The notes under the pieces were generated by a model. The model was not told where the DNA came from, made no database searches, and worked only from the letters and a program-made list of their open reading frames with translations. 33,033 nt of DNA from a virus (taxonomy: Duplodnaviria > Caudoviricetes). The DNA lies in IMG/VR virus record IMGVR_UViG_3300042464_000672, positions 1-33,033 of that record; one strand, 5' to 3'. Of the stretch, positions 7,331 to 17,296 are shown piece by piece. Made by a program: the position numbers and the translations under genes. The stretch's first letter is position 1. Every line of letters starts with the position of its first letter.

Positions 7331-8386
7331 ATGAGTACACCGTTTTCGCCGGTCACCCCGGCAATGCCGTCGTTCGCTGACCTTCAAGCCCAGACGGGTC
7401 AGCAACCTAACCTTACACCGAACGCTCCGTCTGGGGGAGCCAACAGCCTTCCCGCTCCGGTGGCAACACCGAGCGGGCAAGGTTTTACTCCTCAGGCACA
7501 ACCAGCCCCTCCGGTCCAGCCACAAGAGTCGTATCTGACTCAGCTTGAACGGGCGGGCAAAGTTCCTGCGGGACAGTTCAGAACCGAGCGAGAGTTGATT
7601 GACGCTCTGTACTCAACTGCCGAGGACTTGGCGAACCGAGTTAACCCTGAGCCAGTGGCCAGACCTGCGGTCGAACCTCCGGCTCCTCAGGCACCAGCAG
7701 TCAACCAGGCTGACCTATCCAAAGCTGCGACGATGTTTCAGCAGCAAGGGTGGTTGGCGATGAACAACGGGCAGTGGGTTGCATCAAACCCGATTGCCCA
7801 AGCAGCAGCACAACAGCTTAACACAGCCATGCTTGAAGCACAGGCCCGTCAGGCTGAACTGGCAGACCCAACAGCATTCATTTCGAAGTACGGCCAACAG
7901 GCGATTGATAGCCGACTGACTCCGCTTCAGCAGGAACTTCAGCAGTTGCGACAGGAGACACAGGCTCTCCGGAACCAAGTTGCTGAGACCCTACCGCGAC
8001 CGGATAAACAGTTCGTCGATGCCAACAAGGACAAGCTGTTTACCGTCGATGCTGCAGGCAAGCAGATGCATACCCCTGTCGGAAAGCTTTACTCCCAAGC
8101 CTGGGATATGGCGGACAGGGCAGGGTACGATTACAACAAGATTCACGAGTACGCTCTGTCAGTAGTTCAGCCTTACCTTCAGACAACTCAAGCCCCTCCT
8201 GCTCCGCAGCCTCAACAGTCTTGGGTGCAGCAGGTTCAGCAAAGTCCTGTCACTGACCCTAGCTTTACGGCACCGGGCACAGTGTTTACCAACTCAGTCC
8301 CGCCCAGTGGTATCGGCATCCCTGTCGGTAATGATGGGTTTCCGACCTTCGGGTCACTTCAGGCTTTGGGAATCCAGAGCCGCTAA
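7331..8386 (+). CDS. Probable capsid scaffolding protein
   Basis: P/Q/A-rich disordered ends and a coiled coil (LQQELQQLRQETQALR). Directly upstream of the capsid gene. AAAGGA SD precedes ATG 7331. Confidence 0.65.
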   Translation: MSTPFSPVTPAMPSFADLQAQTGQQPNLTPNAPSGGANSLPAPVATPSGQGFTPQAQPAPPVQPQESYLTQLERAGKVPAGQFRTERELIDALYSTAEDLANRVNPEPVARPAVEPPAPQAPAVNQADLSKAATMFQQQGWLAMNNGQWVASNPIAQAAAQQLNTAMLEAQARQAELADPTAFISKYGQQAIDSRLTPLQQELQQLRQETQALRNQVAETLPRPDKQFVDANKDKLFTVDAAGKQMHTPVGKLYSQAWDMADRAGYDYNKIHEYALSVVQPYLQTTQAPPAPQPQQSWVQQVQQSPVTDPSFTAPGTVFTNSVPPSGIGIPVGNDGFPTFGSLQALGIQSR

Positions 8387-8400
8387 CACCGGAGTAGAAC

Positions 8401-9546
8401 ATGGCTCACAGTCTTGTGCCGTCCACGGTATCGGGTCACATCAACAGCGTACGTGACCTCGCCCCACGCTATTGGAAGGGAATCTCGGACCTCACCGTTC
8501 GAAACTTCCTGACCTTCTACAACCTCCGCAAGTGGGGTTCGTTGACGTTCAATGCCCGGTCTCACAGCCAGGTGTGGAACGCCCGCGTCAAGCAGCCAAC
8601 GATCCTACCTGCTGTCGACAACCAGCCGATTGAGTTCGTGAACTGGGACACCGATATTCAGTACTACATCGGTATCAAGGGATACCGTGGGTCTGACTTC
8701 CTGCCAGAGCAGGAGTACCTGCAGGCACAAGGTGCCCCGGAGCAGATCACCAATCGCTACGAACGCAAGTCTAAAGAGATCGCTCAGGCGACTCAGGAAC
8801 GCTTGTGTCATTCGTTCTGGAAAGACGGCAACGTCGCCGCCAACGCATATGACTTCACTGGGATTAAAACCCCGCTGAGCTATGCTGCTGGTACTTGTGG
8901 TGCTGCTGATCGAGTGGGTCTGCCTGACGGGTCATACGCGGGTCAGTCCTGCGTGCTGGGTAACCTTGGCGGAACCTGGTCATCCAACATGGCGACCAAG
9001 CCAAACGCATCACTCGCCAAGGACTGGCCGTTCGGTCAGGGCTCAAGCGAGTACGACGGCACGACTCCGCTGGTTGTCAACTACGCCTCAACAGCGTGGG
9101 GCACTGGTGCAACTGACTGGGCAACCAACGCGATTGAGGCTACGAGCTACGCTCAGACAGCCATGCTACATCGTGGCGGGCAGTCAATGGTTGGGGCTCC
9201 ATGCCAGGTCGTAATGGCCTCCGAAATGTTCACCGAGTTCAAGAACTCGTTCCGTGAAAACAACCGTCAGATCATGCCGTTCAAGGACGGTGACCTGGGT
9301 TACCCAGGCGAGACTCTGATGGTCGACGGCATGGTCTACTCAATGGACTATGCAATCCCCGCCGGTGAAGCCTACATGTACTTGCCACAGTACACAGAGG
9401 CCTTCTTCCTGCACAATGACATCTACGGTGTCATGGGTCCTGAGTACAGCATCCCGCACGTCGGATACCTGTACTACATCAGCACCTACGGCAACTTCAA
9501 GTTCCTGCCGAAGTACCTGTGTCGCTTCGTGTCAGAGACTGCGTGA
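8401..9546 (+). CDS. Major capsid protein
   Basis: 381 aa; sits after the scaffold; capsid-like segments FWKDG..DFTGI and LMVDGMVYSMDYAIPAGEAY; GGAG SD. Confidence 0.8.
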   Translation: MAHSLVPSTVSGHINSVRDLAPRYWKGISDLTVRNFLTFYNLRKWGSLTFNARSHSQVWNARVKQPTILPAVDNQPIEFVNWDTDIQYYIGIKGYRGSDFLPEQEYLQAQGAPEQITNRYERKSKEIAQATQERLCHSFWKDGNVAANAYDFTGIKTPLSYAAGTCGAADRVGLPDGSYAGQSCVLGNLGGTWSSNMATKPNASLAKDWPFGQGSSEYDGTTPLVVNYASTAWGTGATDWATNAIEATSYAQTAMLHRGGQSMVGAPCQVVMASEMFTEFKNSFRENNRQIMPFKDGDLGYPGETLMVDGMVYSMDYAIPAGEAYMYLPQYTEAFFLHNDIYGVMGPEYSIPHVGYLYYISTYGNFKFLPKYLCRFVSETA

Positions 9547-9564
9547 TAAACCCGAGGCCGCTCT

Positions 9565-9588
9565 AGCCCGGCACTTCGGTGCCGGGCT
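9565..9588 (+). terminator. Stable cUUCGg hairpin after the capsid gene (mRNA stabiliser or leaky terminator)
   Basis: AGCCCGGCAC-TTCG-GTGCCGGGCT; the U-tract is displaced by about 13 nt. Confidence 0.55.
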
Positions 9589-9625
9589 CCTCTCCTGAAT
9601 CTTTTTCTCCAATGAGGTAATACTT

Positions 9626-10150
9626 ATGACGATCACGAACCAGGCCCGCCTCGGGTCATACAACGTCGTCTCTGACGACAGCATGCTTGGCCAGATCGCG
9701 ATGTTCCAAGATCAGGACATGGTTGATCCAAACGCTCCGGTCATCAACTCCGGCACCCCTGTCTACGCCATCATGGTGAAGGCAGACGTTGGTGGAGTTG
9801 TGACTCCGAGCCTGGGTTACACTTACAAGTCCGGCTACCTCGGCAAGCGGGTCGGAGCACTCTCCGGTGCAAACGCTATCTGTGACGGTATCGCGGACCC
9901 ATGGGTGTCCGGTACGATTCCAGATGGGGCTTACTTCTGGCTGATCATTCAAGGCCCTTGCGAATTGAAGATCGGTGCTGGCGACATCACTGCAAACGCA
10001 GTGGTTCAGACTCTGGCAAACGGTCTCTTCGGAACAGGCACTGCCGGAACGAACCCGATCGGACACTGTGGTAAGGCCAACGAAGCCGCAACCTCTGGCA
10101 ACTTCGCCCGATGTTACTTCACGAATCCGTTCTCAGCCGTCAAACCCTGA
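9626..10150 (+). CDS. Probable capsid cement/decoration protein
   Basis: Gly/Ala-rich 174-aa protein right after the capsid gene; IPDGAYFWLIIQGP motif. Confidence 0.6.
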   Translation: MTITNQARLGSYNVVSDDSMLGQIAMFQDQDMVDPNAPVINSGTPVYAIMVKADVGGVVTPSLGYTYKSGYLGKRVGALSGANAICDGIADPWVSGTIPDGAYFWLIIQGPCELKIGAGDITANAVVQTLANGLFGTGTAGTNPIGHCGKANEAATSGNFARCYFTNPFSAVKP

Positions 10151-10186
10151 TCCCAGTAATGGGTAAGAAAGGTGGTGATCCCATCT

Positions 10187-10303
10187 ATGGCCGATCAACT
10201 TCCTTGCCAGCCTCCTGCTGGTATTCATTCTCAGTCCACAGCACAGGTTGTCCACGCAGGCAACCCCATCCAAGTCGTAGCAGTGCCAAACACTCAGCGA
10301 TGA
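10187..10303 (+). CDS. 38-aa microprotein MADQLPCQPPAGIHSQSTAQVVHAGNPIQVVAVPNTQR
   Basis: Preceded by AGAAAGGTGGTGATCC (10166-10181), a 15/16 match to the extended anti-SD complement, and followed by a terminator. Below the ORF-track length cut-off. Confidence 0.6.
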   Translation: MADQLPCQPPAGIHSQSTAQVVHAGNPIQVVAVPNTQR

Positions 10304-10324
10304 TTTGGCAATCATGACCAACTC

Positions 10325-10360
10325 AGGGCAGGCAGGTTAAACTGCCTGCCCTTTTTCTTT
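10325..10360 (+). terminator. Rho-independent terminator
   Basis: AGGGCAGGCAG-gttaaa-CTGCCTGCCCT followed by TTTTCTTT. Confidence 0.85.
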
Positions 10361-10370
10361 GGAGCACAAC

Positions 10371-11501
10371 ATGGCGTCTCTCATGGACATACTGGCGGGT
10401 GCGGGCAACCTACTGGATCTTCCCGGAAGTTCTTTGAGGGATATACTATCGGGGCGTGACCCGTTCGACCAATGGGCGACCCCATTCTCGGATGGCAACA
10501 GAGCAACAGGTCGAGATGTGTTGGAGCCGTTCCTCGGGGTCAACGAAGAGACCGGCATGTCGGGTTGGGGGGACAACCCGATGGAAGGGTTCAAAGACAT
10601 CGCCGGGTTCGGGGCAGAGATGCTGCTTGACCCGTTGAACCTCGTACCGCTGGGGGCAGTGGGCAAAGCTTTGAAAGGCCGGAAGGCGGCACGACAGGCC
10701 AACGCAGCGATGATTGCGGAGCGGGGCGGCAAGTATTCCATGGTGAACCCGAGGATGCTGGCAGAAGAGATCCCAGAGGCGGCAAGACCGCAGGGACTGC
10801 TGGGGTACTCAGGTCCGTCTTTGAAAACATTGGAGTACGATGACCTTGCGAAGTATGACCCGAGTTACCAAACAAACACTTGGGTGGATAAGAACGCTTC
10901 TGGATCCTTGGACAGTGGCTTGGCCTCACCAGATGATGTTCCTTATCCGAACACATACTTGGTAAAGTCCACCCACTACCCTTCGGCAAGCAACACGTAC
11001 CGGTCGATGAACCCCGAATCCTTTATCGGGGACAATGTGACCATGCCCATGTTCGGGGCGTACTCTGGACTAAATCCAGGGCACGCCGCGTACCGAGCAG
11101 CCGCAAACAACATGGATGAAACTCTCGGACGGGTTGAGGTTCTTCGGCAGATGGAGCCAAGCACCGCTGAAGGTTTTGAGATGATAACCAGGACTAATGA
11201 AAGGGGGTACAACCGGTATTTGCCCGCCCGGAGGATGAACAACATGTGGAACGAAGCTTCGGACATGTACTCTGTGCCTCACAGACAACAAGTGGCTCCT
11301 GCAGACGTGTGGAGTAACATGGACCAAGGCGGTCCGCCAACCAGAGAGGCGGGATACGCAGGGCCTTTCGTACGACCAGATAACCTCATTCCCAACAACC
11401 CAATGCGACTCCAGTCGGAGCCGAGCATGTTCCCCGCCGCAGCCTCAGGGGCAGTCTACAACGCCTTGCAAACCTTCAACCGGCACGGCGGCATCCAGTG
11501 A
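10371..11501 (+). CDS. Hypothetical, probably virion/internal protein; N-terminus paralogous to ORF 30843
   Basis: GGAG SD before ATG 10371. GNLLDLPGSS..GFGAEMLLDP is shared with ORF 30843. Confidence 0.75.
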   Translation: MASLMDILAGAGNLLDLPGSSLRDILSGRDPFDQWATPFSDGNRATGRDVLEPFLGVNEETGMSGWGDNPMEGFKDIAGFGAEMLLDPLNLVPLGAVGKALKGRKAARQANAAMIAERGGKYSMVNPRMLAEEIPEAARPQGLLGYSGPSLKTLEYDDLAKYDPSYQTNTWVDKNASGSLDSGLASPDDVPYPNTYLVKSTHYPSASNTYRSMNPESFIGDNVTMPMFGAYSGLNPGHAAYRAAANNMDETLGRVEVLRQMEPSTAEGFEMITRTNERGYNRYLPARRMNNMWNEASDMYSVPHRQQVAPADVWSNMDQGGPPTREAGYAGPFVRPDNLIPNNPMRLQSEPSMFPAAASGAVYNALQTFNRHGGIQ

Positions 11502-12124
11502 CAGGTCTAGTCAACTTCCCCGGCAAGGTTGTGTGCCCAGCATGTAACCTGCCGGTTCTCCCAGAACACATACTACCCAGAGGTCTGTGTATGTCATGCG
11601 ACGATGATGCAAAGGTAGCGGGGACGATGGCTGTTATGGCCAGCAAAGTCCCGCAGCGAGGATTCAAAGAGGCACTGGCCGAAGTCAAGAAGGCTGGTCG
11701 GCCACTCACGCTTGACATTGCCGAAGCGGCGATGGATGAGTTAGGTGGGGCCGTTGAGCTTGGCAAGATGATGGCACAGGACCTCAAGAAACTCCGGGGG
11801 GATCACCTGCCGCCCGAGTTGAAGGAGTTTCATGACACCGACTTCAAGACCGTCAAAGGCTTATACGAAGCGATCATCCGGCTAACCTCTGAACGAGACA
11901 AACTGGTAGGAGAAGTCGGAGATCCGCTTGACGGCATCTCTGAGGTTGACCTGATGGCGATTGCCAGCCAAGCCGCCATGCTGCGTATAGAAGGCGATGC
12001 GGAGTTCCGCAAGCAGTTGCTTGCTGAGATCACCAAGTTCGATCCCAACGCTGTCGTAGAGGCTGCAGGAGAAGCCCTCAACATTATCGAAGCGGGACCG
12101 AGAGTCGAGGTGATTGATGTCTGA
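11498..12124 (+). CDS. Probable terminase small subunit (N-terminal CxxC..CxxC ribbon)
   Basis: Helical 208-aa protein overlapping the start of the large terminase; CPAC/CMSC. Call is positional. Confidence 0.55.
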   Translation: MTGLVNFPGKVVCPACNLPVLPEHILPRGLCMSCDDDAKVAGTMAVMASKVPQRGFKEALAEVKKAGRPLTLDIAEAAMDELGGAVELGKMMAQDLKKLRGDHLPPELKEFHDTDFKTVKGLYEAIIRLTSERDKLVGEVGDPLDGISEVDLMAIASQAAMLRIEGDAEFRKQLLAEITKFDPNAVVEAAGEALNIIEAGPRVEVIDV

Positions 12125-13886
12125 TATAGCCGACCGTATCCGAGCATCACTGACGCACCGGCGTGAACTCCAACAGGGCCTTGCTGCAGCAGCCAAGGTT
12201 GCCAAGCAGAAGCTCAACGCACTAGACATGTTCCGTCCGACCGAGTACCAGGAAGCGGTTGTCAAGTGTGACGCATCCGAGATCCTCGTCCAAGGGGGTA
12301 CTCGCTCCGGCAAGTCCACCATCGTTGCCGTGATGATCGCAGCCTACCTCCTCAACAAGCCGATCACGTTCGCAGATGGAACGAAGCACTACGTCCGCGA
12401 GCAAGGATGGCAGGGCAGACCTGTTACGGTGTGGCTCATCGGTCTTCAACTTAACCACATCGGCCAGACGATCTACCGACTGTTGTGCCGCCCCGGTGCG
12501 TTCGACATGGTACGGGATAAGAAGACCGGACTGTGGCGAGCTTGGCAACCGGGTCGCATCCCTGGCGACGAAGACATACCTGTTGATGAACGTAAGCCTG
12601 CACCACCGCTGATCCCTCCTTCAGAGATTGCTACCGAGTCTTGGGACAACAAGGCCAAGCACGAGTTCGCAAGTCTCACAATGAGGGACGGCTCGTGGGT
12701 GTATGCCTACGCATCGAGCGGTGCAGTGAAACGCGGCGACCCCGTCAACCGCATATGGATCGACGAAGAGATCGAGAACTCCGAGCACTACCCTGAATGG
12801 CAGAGCCGTCTGTCTGACCGCAAGGGGAGAATCTACTGGACCTCTTGGCCGAACATGAAGACCCCCGCGTTGATCGCACTGTATCGACGCTGTGTTGCTC
12901 AACGTGACGAGGTCGAACGTGGGGTCAGGACCAAGGCCGACGTGGTCAACTTCAAGTTCCGCGGATCCGACTCACCCTTCGTCGATGATGAAGAAAAGAG
13001 GAAGCGTGCTGAAGGTTGGACGGAGGAGCAACTCCGTGCCCGCGATCACGGGGACTTCGTCATGGACACGATCCAGGCGTACCCCGAGTTCAACGTGAAG
13101 TACCACTGTGTTGACTACGGGCCGAACAATCCTCTGAACGACAAAGTCACAGAGGCGATGCGTAAGCTGAACTGGAACGTGCCGCACGACTGGTGCGTCG
13201 ACCTGATCCTTGACCCCGGTACAACCCGTCCGGCTCTGCTCTGGGTAGCGATCCCGACAGAAGAGTATTGGGATGAAGGGGAGCCCTACCACATCATCTT
13301 CAGGGAGATGGCAGTCCCCAATATCGACGCCGCGGCGATGGGTAAACGAGCCAAGGCTGCGGATCCCGGCAGACGGTATTCCCGGTTCATTGGTGACAGA
13401 AAAGCTGGGGATCAGACGCCGATGGGGTTTTCTTGGGACGTGTTTGAGCAATACTCTCGGGAGTTCCGCAAGGCGGGGTTGAAATGTCAATTAACAGGTG
13501 ATATGTTTCTCAGAGGCGAGACAGTATGGGTAACACGTTCCATGAAACTGCGGGCACTCATGCGGTCCAGAAACTGCGGTAGGCCCCGGCTCAGGGTCGT
13601 ACCCCACATGTGTCCGACGTTGGTTAAACAACTTGAGACAGTCGTCAAACAGGTTGCGAAGGAGGCAGTACTCGATAAGTTGGCACCAGGGCAGGTCCAT
13701 GACGTTCTTGACACGGCAGAATACTACGCCGGGTTCGAACCGAAATTCCTTGCACCTCCTCGGGGACCAGCGATAATCGACCCTGGCCAAAGCATGTTTG
13801 ACGAAGACCAGAAGTTCTTGAACGGCATATTCAAGCTGAACAAGAAACAAGACGCCAACGGACCGATAGTCTTAGGCGTTCCCTAA
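12117..13886 (+). CDS. terL: Terminase large subunit
   Basis: PTEYQ, Walker A GGTRSGKST, Walker B RIWIDEE, nuclease LILDPG and HDVLDTAEY. Confidence 0.92.
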   Translation: MSDIADRIRASLTHRRELQQGLAAAAKVAKQKLNALDMFRPTEYQEAVVKCDASEILVQGGTRSGKSTIVAVMIAAYLLNKPITFADGTKHYVREQGWQGRPVTVWLIGLQLNHIGQTIYRLLCRPGAFDMVRDKKTGLWRAWQPGRIPGDEDIPVDERKPAPPLIPPSEIATESWDNKAKHEFASLTMRDGSWVYAYASSGAVKRGDPVNRIWIDEEIENSEHYPEWQSRLSDRKGRIYWTSWPNMKTPALIALYRRCVAQRDEVERGVRTKADVVNFKFRGSDSPFVDDEEKRKRAEGWTEEQLRARDHGDFVMDTIQAYPEFNVKYHCVDYGPNNPLNDKVTEAMRKLNWNVPHDWCVDLILDPGTTRPALLWVAIPTEEYWDEGEPYHIIFREMAVPNIDAAAMGKRAKAADPGRRYSRFIGDRKAGDQTPMGFSWDVFEQYSREFRKAGLKCQLTGDMFLRGETVWVTRSMKLRALMRSRNCGRPRLRVVPHMCPTLVKQLETVVKQVAKEAVLDKLAPGQVHDVLDTAEYYAGFEPKFLAPPRGPAIIDPGQSMFDEDQKFLNGIFKLNKKQDANGPIVLGVP

Positions 13887-13907
13887 CCCCAGGCCGGAGT
13901 TCCCCCA

Positions 13908-14210
13908 GTGAAGCAGTCAGACCTTATCAGACAATTCATCATCGAAGATCAGCCCATCGTCATCGCTCTTGGTGATGTGGTGTGGTTGTTCAACGAGAAC
14001 CAGCTTGACACCCTGCCTCACGTAGCGACAGTCACTGCGTTTGGCGAAGATAACATGGTCGATCTCACGTACAACGCTGTTGTCGGAAGTCGGCTTGTCC
14101 CGGTGCAGGGCGTGTGCCTTGTCGGGGATGAACGGTTGAAGAACGCCAACTACCGCAAACGCGGCTCGTGGATCCCACGAGGTGCGTTCTCAGTCCTTAA
14201 CCTGAAGTAG
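13908..14210 (+). CDS. Hypothetical protein between terminase and portal
   Basis: GGAG SD before GTG; 100-aa beta-rich ORF. Confidence 0.7.
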   Translation: MKQSDLIRQFIIEDQPIVIALGDVVWLFNENQLDTLPHVATVTAFGEDNMVDLTYNAVVGSRLVPVQGVCLVGDERLKNANYRKRGSWIPRGAFSVLNLK

Positions 14211-14217
14211 GTCCGTG

Positions 14218-16386
14218 ATGCAGCCAACGGCAGAGAACATCCAGCAATACCTGCTCGGACCCATTGTCAGTCAATGGTACGCCCGCTTCACTTCTGCACA
14301 GAAGGAGAAGGAGCGGTTCTCTGTCATGGCAAAACTCTGCCGTCAATTCCTCGGGTCTTCTGCGAAGGCCATGTGGGAGGACGGGTTTAGAAAAGAGTTT
14401 TACCCAGCAGTTGCACAGCCACAGTTCATGGTGTCCCTCAACAAGGCCTTTGAGCTTGTAGCCATCATCGGTCCATCCCTCTACTGGCAGTCCCCCACAA
14501 GGGAAGTCAAGAGCACGGACGTTCCTGACCAGACCCAAATCGCTCAATTACTCGGTATTACCGAGCGGGACATGTTGGAGCAGATTCAGCAGGTACAGGG
14601 GCAAAAAACTACCGAGCGGGAAATTCGCAATTCATTGGCTTCTTTGGTGCTCGAGTACATCGGAAGAGAGCATCCCGGCGGCACCAAGATCGACAATGAA
14701 CTCATCATTCAGGACGCTCTTGTCACTGGCAGAGGGTGCGGCTGGACCGAAACGTACACTAACCGATCGACGGGTCAACCGATGGTCGGCACCTTCTACG
14801 ATCCAGTCGACAATCTACTGATCGACCCGGACGCAAAAGACCCTGCACTGCGTGACGTGAAGTGGATGGCACGCAAACACGTCGAACCTGTCTGGGTTGT
14901 CGAACGACGCTTTGGATACCCGCCGGGGTATCTGCAAGGCCGCGGCACACATATCTCCTCTGAGTACGCCTCACGCATGGAAGTTGAGGTGAACAAGGGG
15001 AACACTATGTACCAAGACCAGATCGAGTGGTACGAGGTTTGGAGTTGTGGGGGCATCGGTGCTCGGGTGACCGGGGCCAACGCCACAATGGGGCAGGCCC
15101 TTGACCAGTTGACGGGCGACTACTGCTACCTGTGTGTTACTCGCAACCTCATGCATCCCCTCAATCTGCCGCCTGCCCTTGTATCACAAGGAGGCCCTGA
15201 GCAGATCCGTGAAGCCTTGAAGTGGCGAACGAGTCGGTTCGGGTCTGTCTTTGAACTATGGCGTGACCGAAAGTGGCCAGTCCAACTACTCGACTTCTAC
15301 CCAGTGGTCGGATCGTGTTGGCCGATGGCAGTGCTGGGCCCAGGCATCGGCTCCCTGCTCGCGATGAACATTCTCCTTGTGTCTCACCTCACGATGAGTT
15401 GGGACAGACGGAGGGACATCATTGCGGTCAACGGTGCGTACGCGGAAGAGGTCGAGGCTGCGATCAAGGGAGAGAATAACCCCGCAGTCATCAAGATCAA
15501 TGCCGCCTCTCAAATGAGCATCTCCGACATCGTGGCGTTTGTACAACGTCCCGAGGTCCAAGGTAATCTACTTGAGTGGATCCAGTATTTGGACAATCAG
15601 TTCCAGATGGCGACCGGACTGGACGACATCCATTACGGAGTCAGTCAGAAGCAAGCCCGAGTCAGTGCGGATGTGAACGCCAAGCAATCTGCGGCTAACG
15701 TGCGGCCTGAGAAGATGGCCACCGACGTTCATCAGTTTGTCGTCAACACCTCGACCAAAGAGTTGTGGCTGGCGGCACAGTACATCGAAGGGCAACAACT
15801 TCGCAGCCTGATTGGTGATTGGGGTGCGATGGCGTGGGATAACCTGCTGGGGTCCATGGACATCGACACCTTGTTCCACGAGATGGAGGTTTGGATCGAG
15901 GCCACCGACCTGCGTCGACCTAATCGCGACAAGGACATGGCCGACCTTGAACGTATCGCTCCGTTCTACATCCCGGCAGTACAGACATACGCTCAGTTAA
16001 CTGGCGATGAGAAGCCGTTCAATGCGTTCTTGCAGCGGTTCGGGACAGCGATGCAGATGAAGAACCCAGAGGACTTGTTCTTCGGTCCTTGGCAGCAGGC
16101 ACCAGATCCACAGATGCAGCAGTTGCAAGCCGAAGCACAGCAGGCTGAGATGGCCAAGACTGCGGCGACAACTGAAGAGATCAAGGCGAAGACTGTCGCC
16201 CGATTGGTTGATGCACAGTACAAGCAGCAGGGAGCGAACGCTCCGGCCCAGCAGAAGATGAAGTGGGCGGAGATGTTCAACCAGCAGAAGGTTCGTATGC
16301 AGGAGGAGTCTCACCTGCAACAGATGATTCACCTGCAGGAGCAGCAGGACATTCAGGCGGCTAACGCCAAGAAGGGGAGCAAGTGA
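14218..16386 (+). CDS. Portal protein (P22-like size, Q-rich C-terminal coil)
   Basis: About 720 aa after the terminase; DALVTGRG, NLLIDPDA, FQMATGLDD; long glutamine-rich helical tail. Confidence 0.85.
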   Translation: MQPTAENIQQYLLGPIVSQWYARFTSAQKEKERFSVMAKLCRQFLGSSAKAMWEDGFRKEFYPAVAQPQFMVSLNKAFELVAIIGPSLYWQSPTREVKSTDVPDQTQIAQLLGITERDMLEQIQQVQGQKTTEREIRNSLASLVLEYIGREHPGGTKIDNELIIQDALVTGRGCGWTETYTNRSTGQPMVGTFYDPVDNLLIDPDAKDPALRDVKWMARKHVEPVWVVERRFGYPPGYLQGRGTHISSEYASRMEVEVNKGNTMYQDQIEWYEVWSCGGIGARVTGANATMGQALDQLTGDYCYLCVTRNLMHPLNLPPALVSQGGPEQIREALKWRTSRFGSVFELWRDRKWPVQLLDFYPVVGSCWPMAVLGPGIGSLLAMNILLVSHLTMSWDRRRDIIAVNGAYAEEVEAAIKGENNPAVIKINAASQMSISDIVAFVQRPEVQGNLLEWIQYLDNQFQMATGLDDIHYGVSQKQARVSADVNAKQSAANVRPEKMATDVHQFVVNTSTKELWLAAQYIEGQQLRSLIGDWGAMAWDNLLGSMDIDTLFHEMEVWIEATDLRRPNRDKDMADLERIAPFYIPAVQTYAQLTGDEKPFNAFLQRFGTAMQMKNPEDLFFGPWQQAPDPQMQQLQAEAQQAEMAKTAATTEEIKAKTVARLVDAQYKQQGANAPAQQKMKWAEMFNQQKVRMQEESHLQQMIHLQEQQDIQAANAKKGSK

Positions 16387-17093
16387 TGGCTAATCCGAGT
16401 TTGGACTTGATTGAAAAAGTTGAGGGGGAGTTGGGCCTGACTAACCGATTCAAAACCATGCGTGAGAACCTTGAGTACGACGCGGTCGTACAGGCAGGCC
16501 CTGCGGCTATCGCAGCCTTTGATAAGATGATCGCCAAAGGTGAGTCCGTGTCCATGGCGGCTCAGTTCGCCACCCGTCGACCGCCCAGCGGCGGCATGAA
16601 CGACCGAGTCATCCAGAGCAATCACCCGAGTGTTACTGAGCAGTTCAAAGGATGCCCAGCAATGCTCGCCCTGTACCGAAAGAACTACCGAGCACACACC
16701 GGCGAGAACCTCCCTGAGGACGCGGTTGTGTACCGGGGCCTGGCGAAATTCCCAGGGGACCCCGGTTGTATTGTCACCCACAAGCAGAGCCTCTCCGACG
16801 TGAAGAAAATCATGAAGGAGCGGAACGAACAGATTGAGGGTGACTGGGAGAACCATCCAGTGTCGGAAGCACCACAGCCGCAGGTGGTCCGCATGAATGA
16901 GATGGTCATGGCACGATACCTGTCCGAGTACCGGGCAGAGGAAGAGTTTGCAAACCTTGACGAACGGGAACTGCGAGAACTCATCATCGACAATCACACC
17001 AAGGTCGTGACAGCCGACGATGCGATGAACGCCCCGACGAGTATTGAGCAAGTCAACCAGGAAGTCTTTGGAGGTGAACAGTGCATACGGTAA
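16386..17093 (+). CDS. Hypothetical protein (head module)
   Basis: 235-aa ORF coupled to the portal stop. Confidence 0.7.
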   Translation: MANPSLDLIEKVEGELGLTNRFKTMRENLEYDAVVQAGPAAIAAFDKMIAKGESVSMAAQFATRRPPSGGMNDRVIQSNHPSVTEQFKGCPAMLALYRKNYRAHTGENLPEDAVVYRGLAKFPGDPGCIVTHKQSLSDVKKIMKERNEQIEGDWENHPVSEAPQPQVVRMNEMVMARYLSEYRAEEEFANLDERELRELIIDNHTKVVTADDAMNAPTSIEQVNQEVFGGEQCIR

Positions 17094-17296
17094 TCGCTCC
17101 TGCAGAACGGGCAGTCCTTGAAGAAAAACTCCGCACGGTCTTAGGTGGTGGTGCCGCCACAACGGCACTGCTGAAACTACTTGATGCGGTGAATGAGTCC
17201 TTGGCCCCCTACACCGAAGTGGTGCCCATCGCAGACCTCGACGAAGTCACCCCCGAAGTCGCCCCCGAAGTCCAGGTAATCGAAAGTTCACCATGA
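17081..17296 (+). CDS. Hypothetical protein
   Basis: GGAGGT SD before GTG; ATGA overlap with the next gene. Confidence 0.6.
   Translation: MHTVIAPAERAVLEEKLRTVLGGGAATTALLKLLDAVNESLAPYTEVVPIADLDEVTPEVAPEVQVIESSP

Noticed and set aside
10111-10317. Alternative ORF (MGKKGGDP...) after the cement gene
   Set aside because: It has no SD; the strong SD is correctly spaced for ATG 10187 in another frame.
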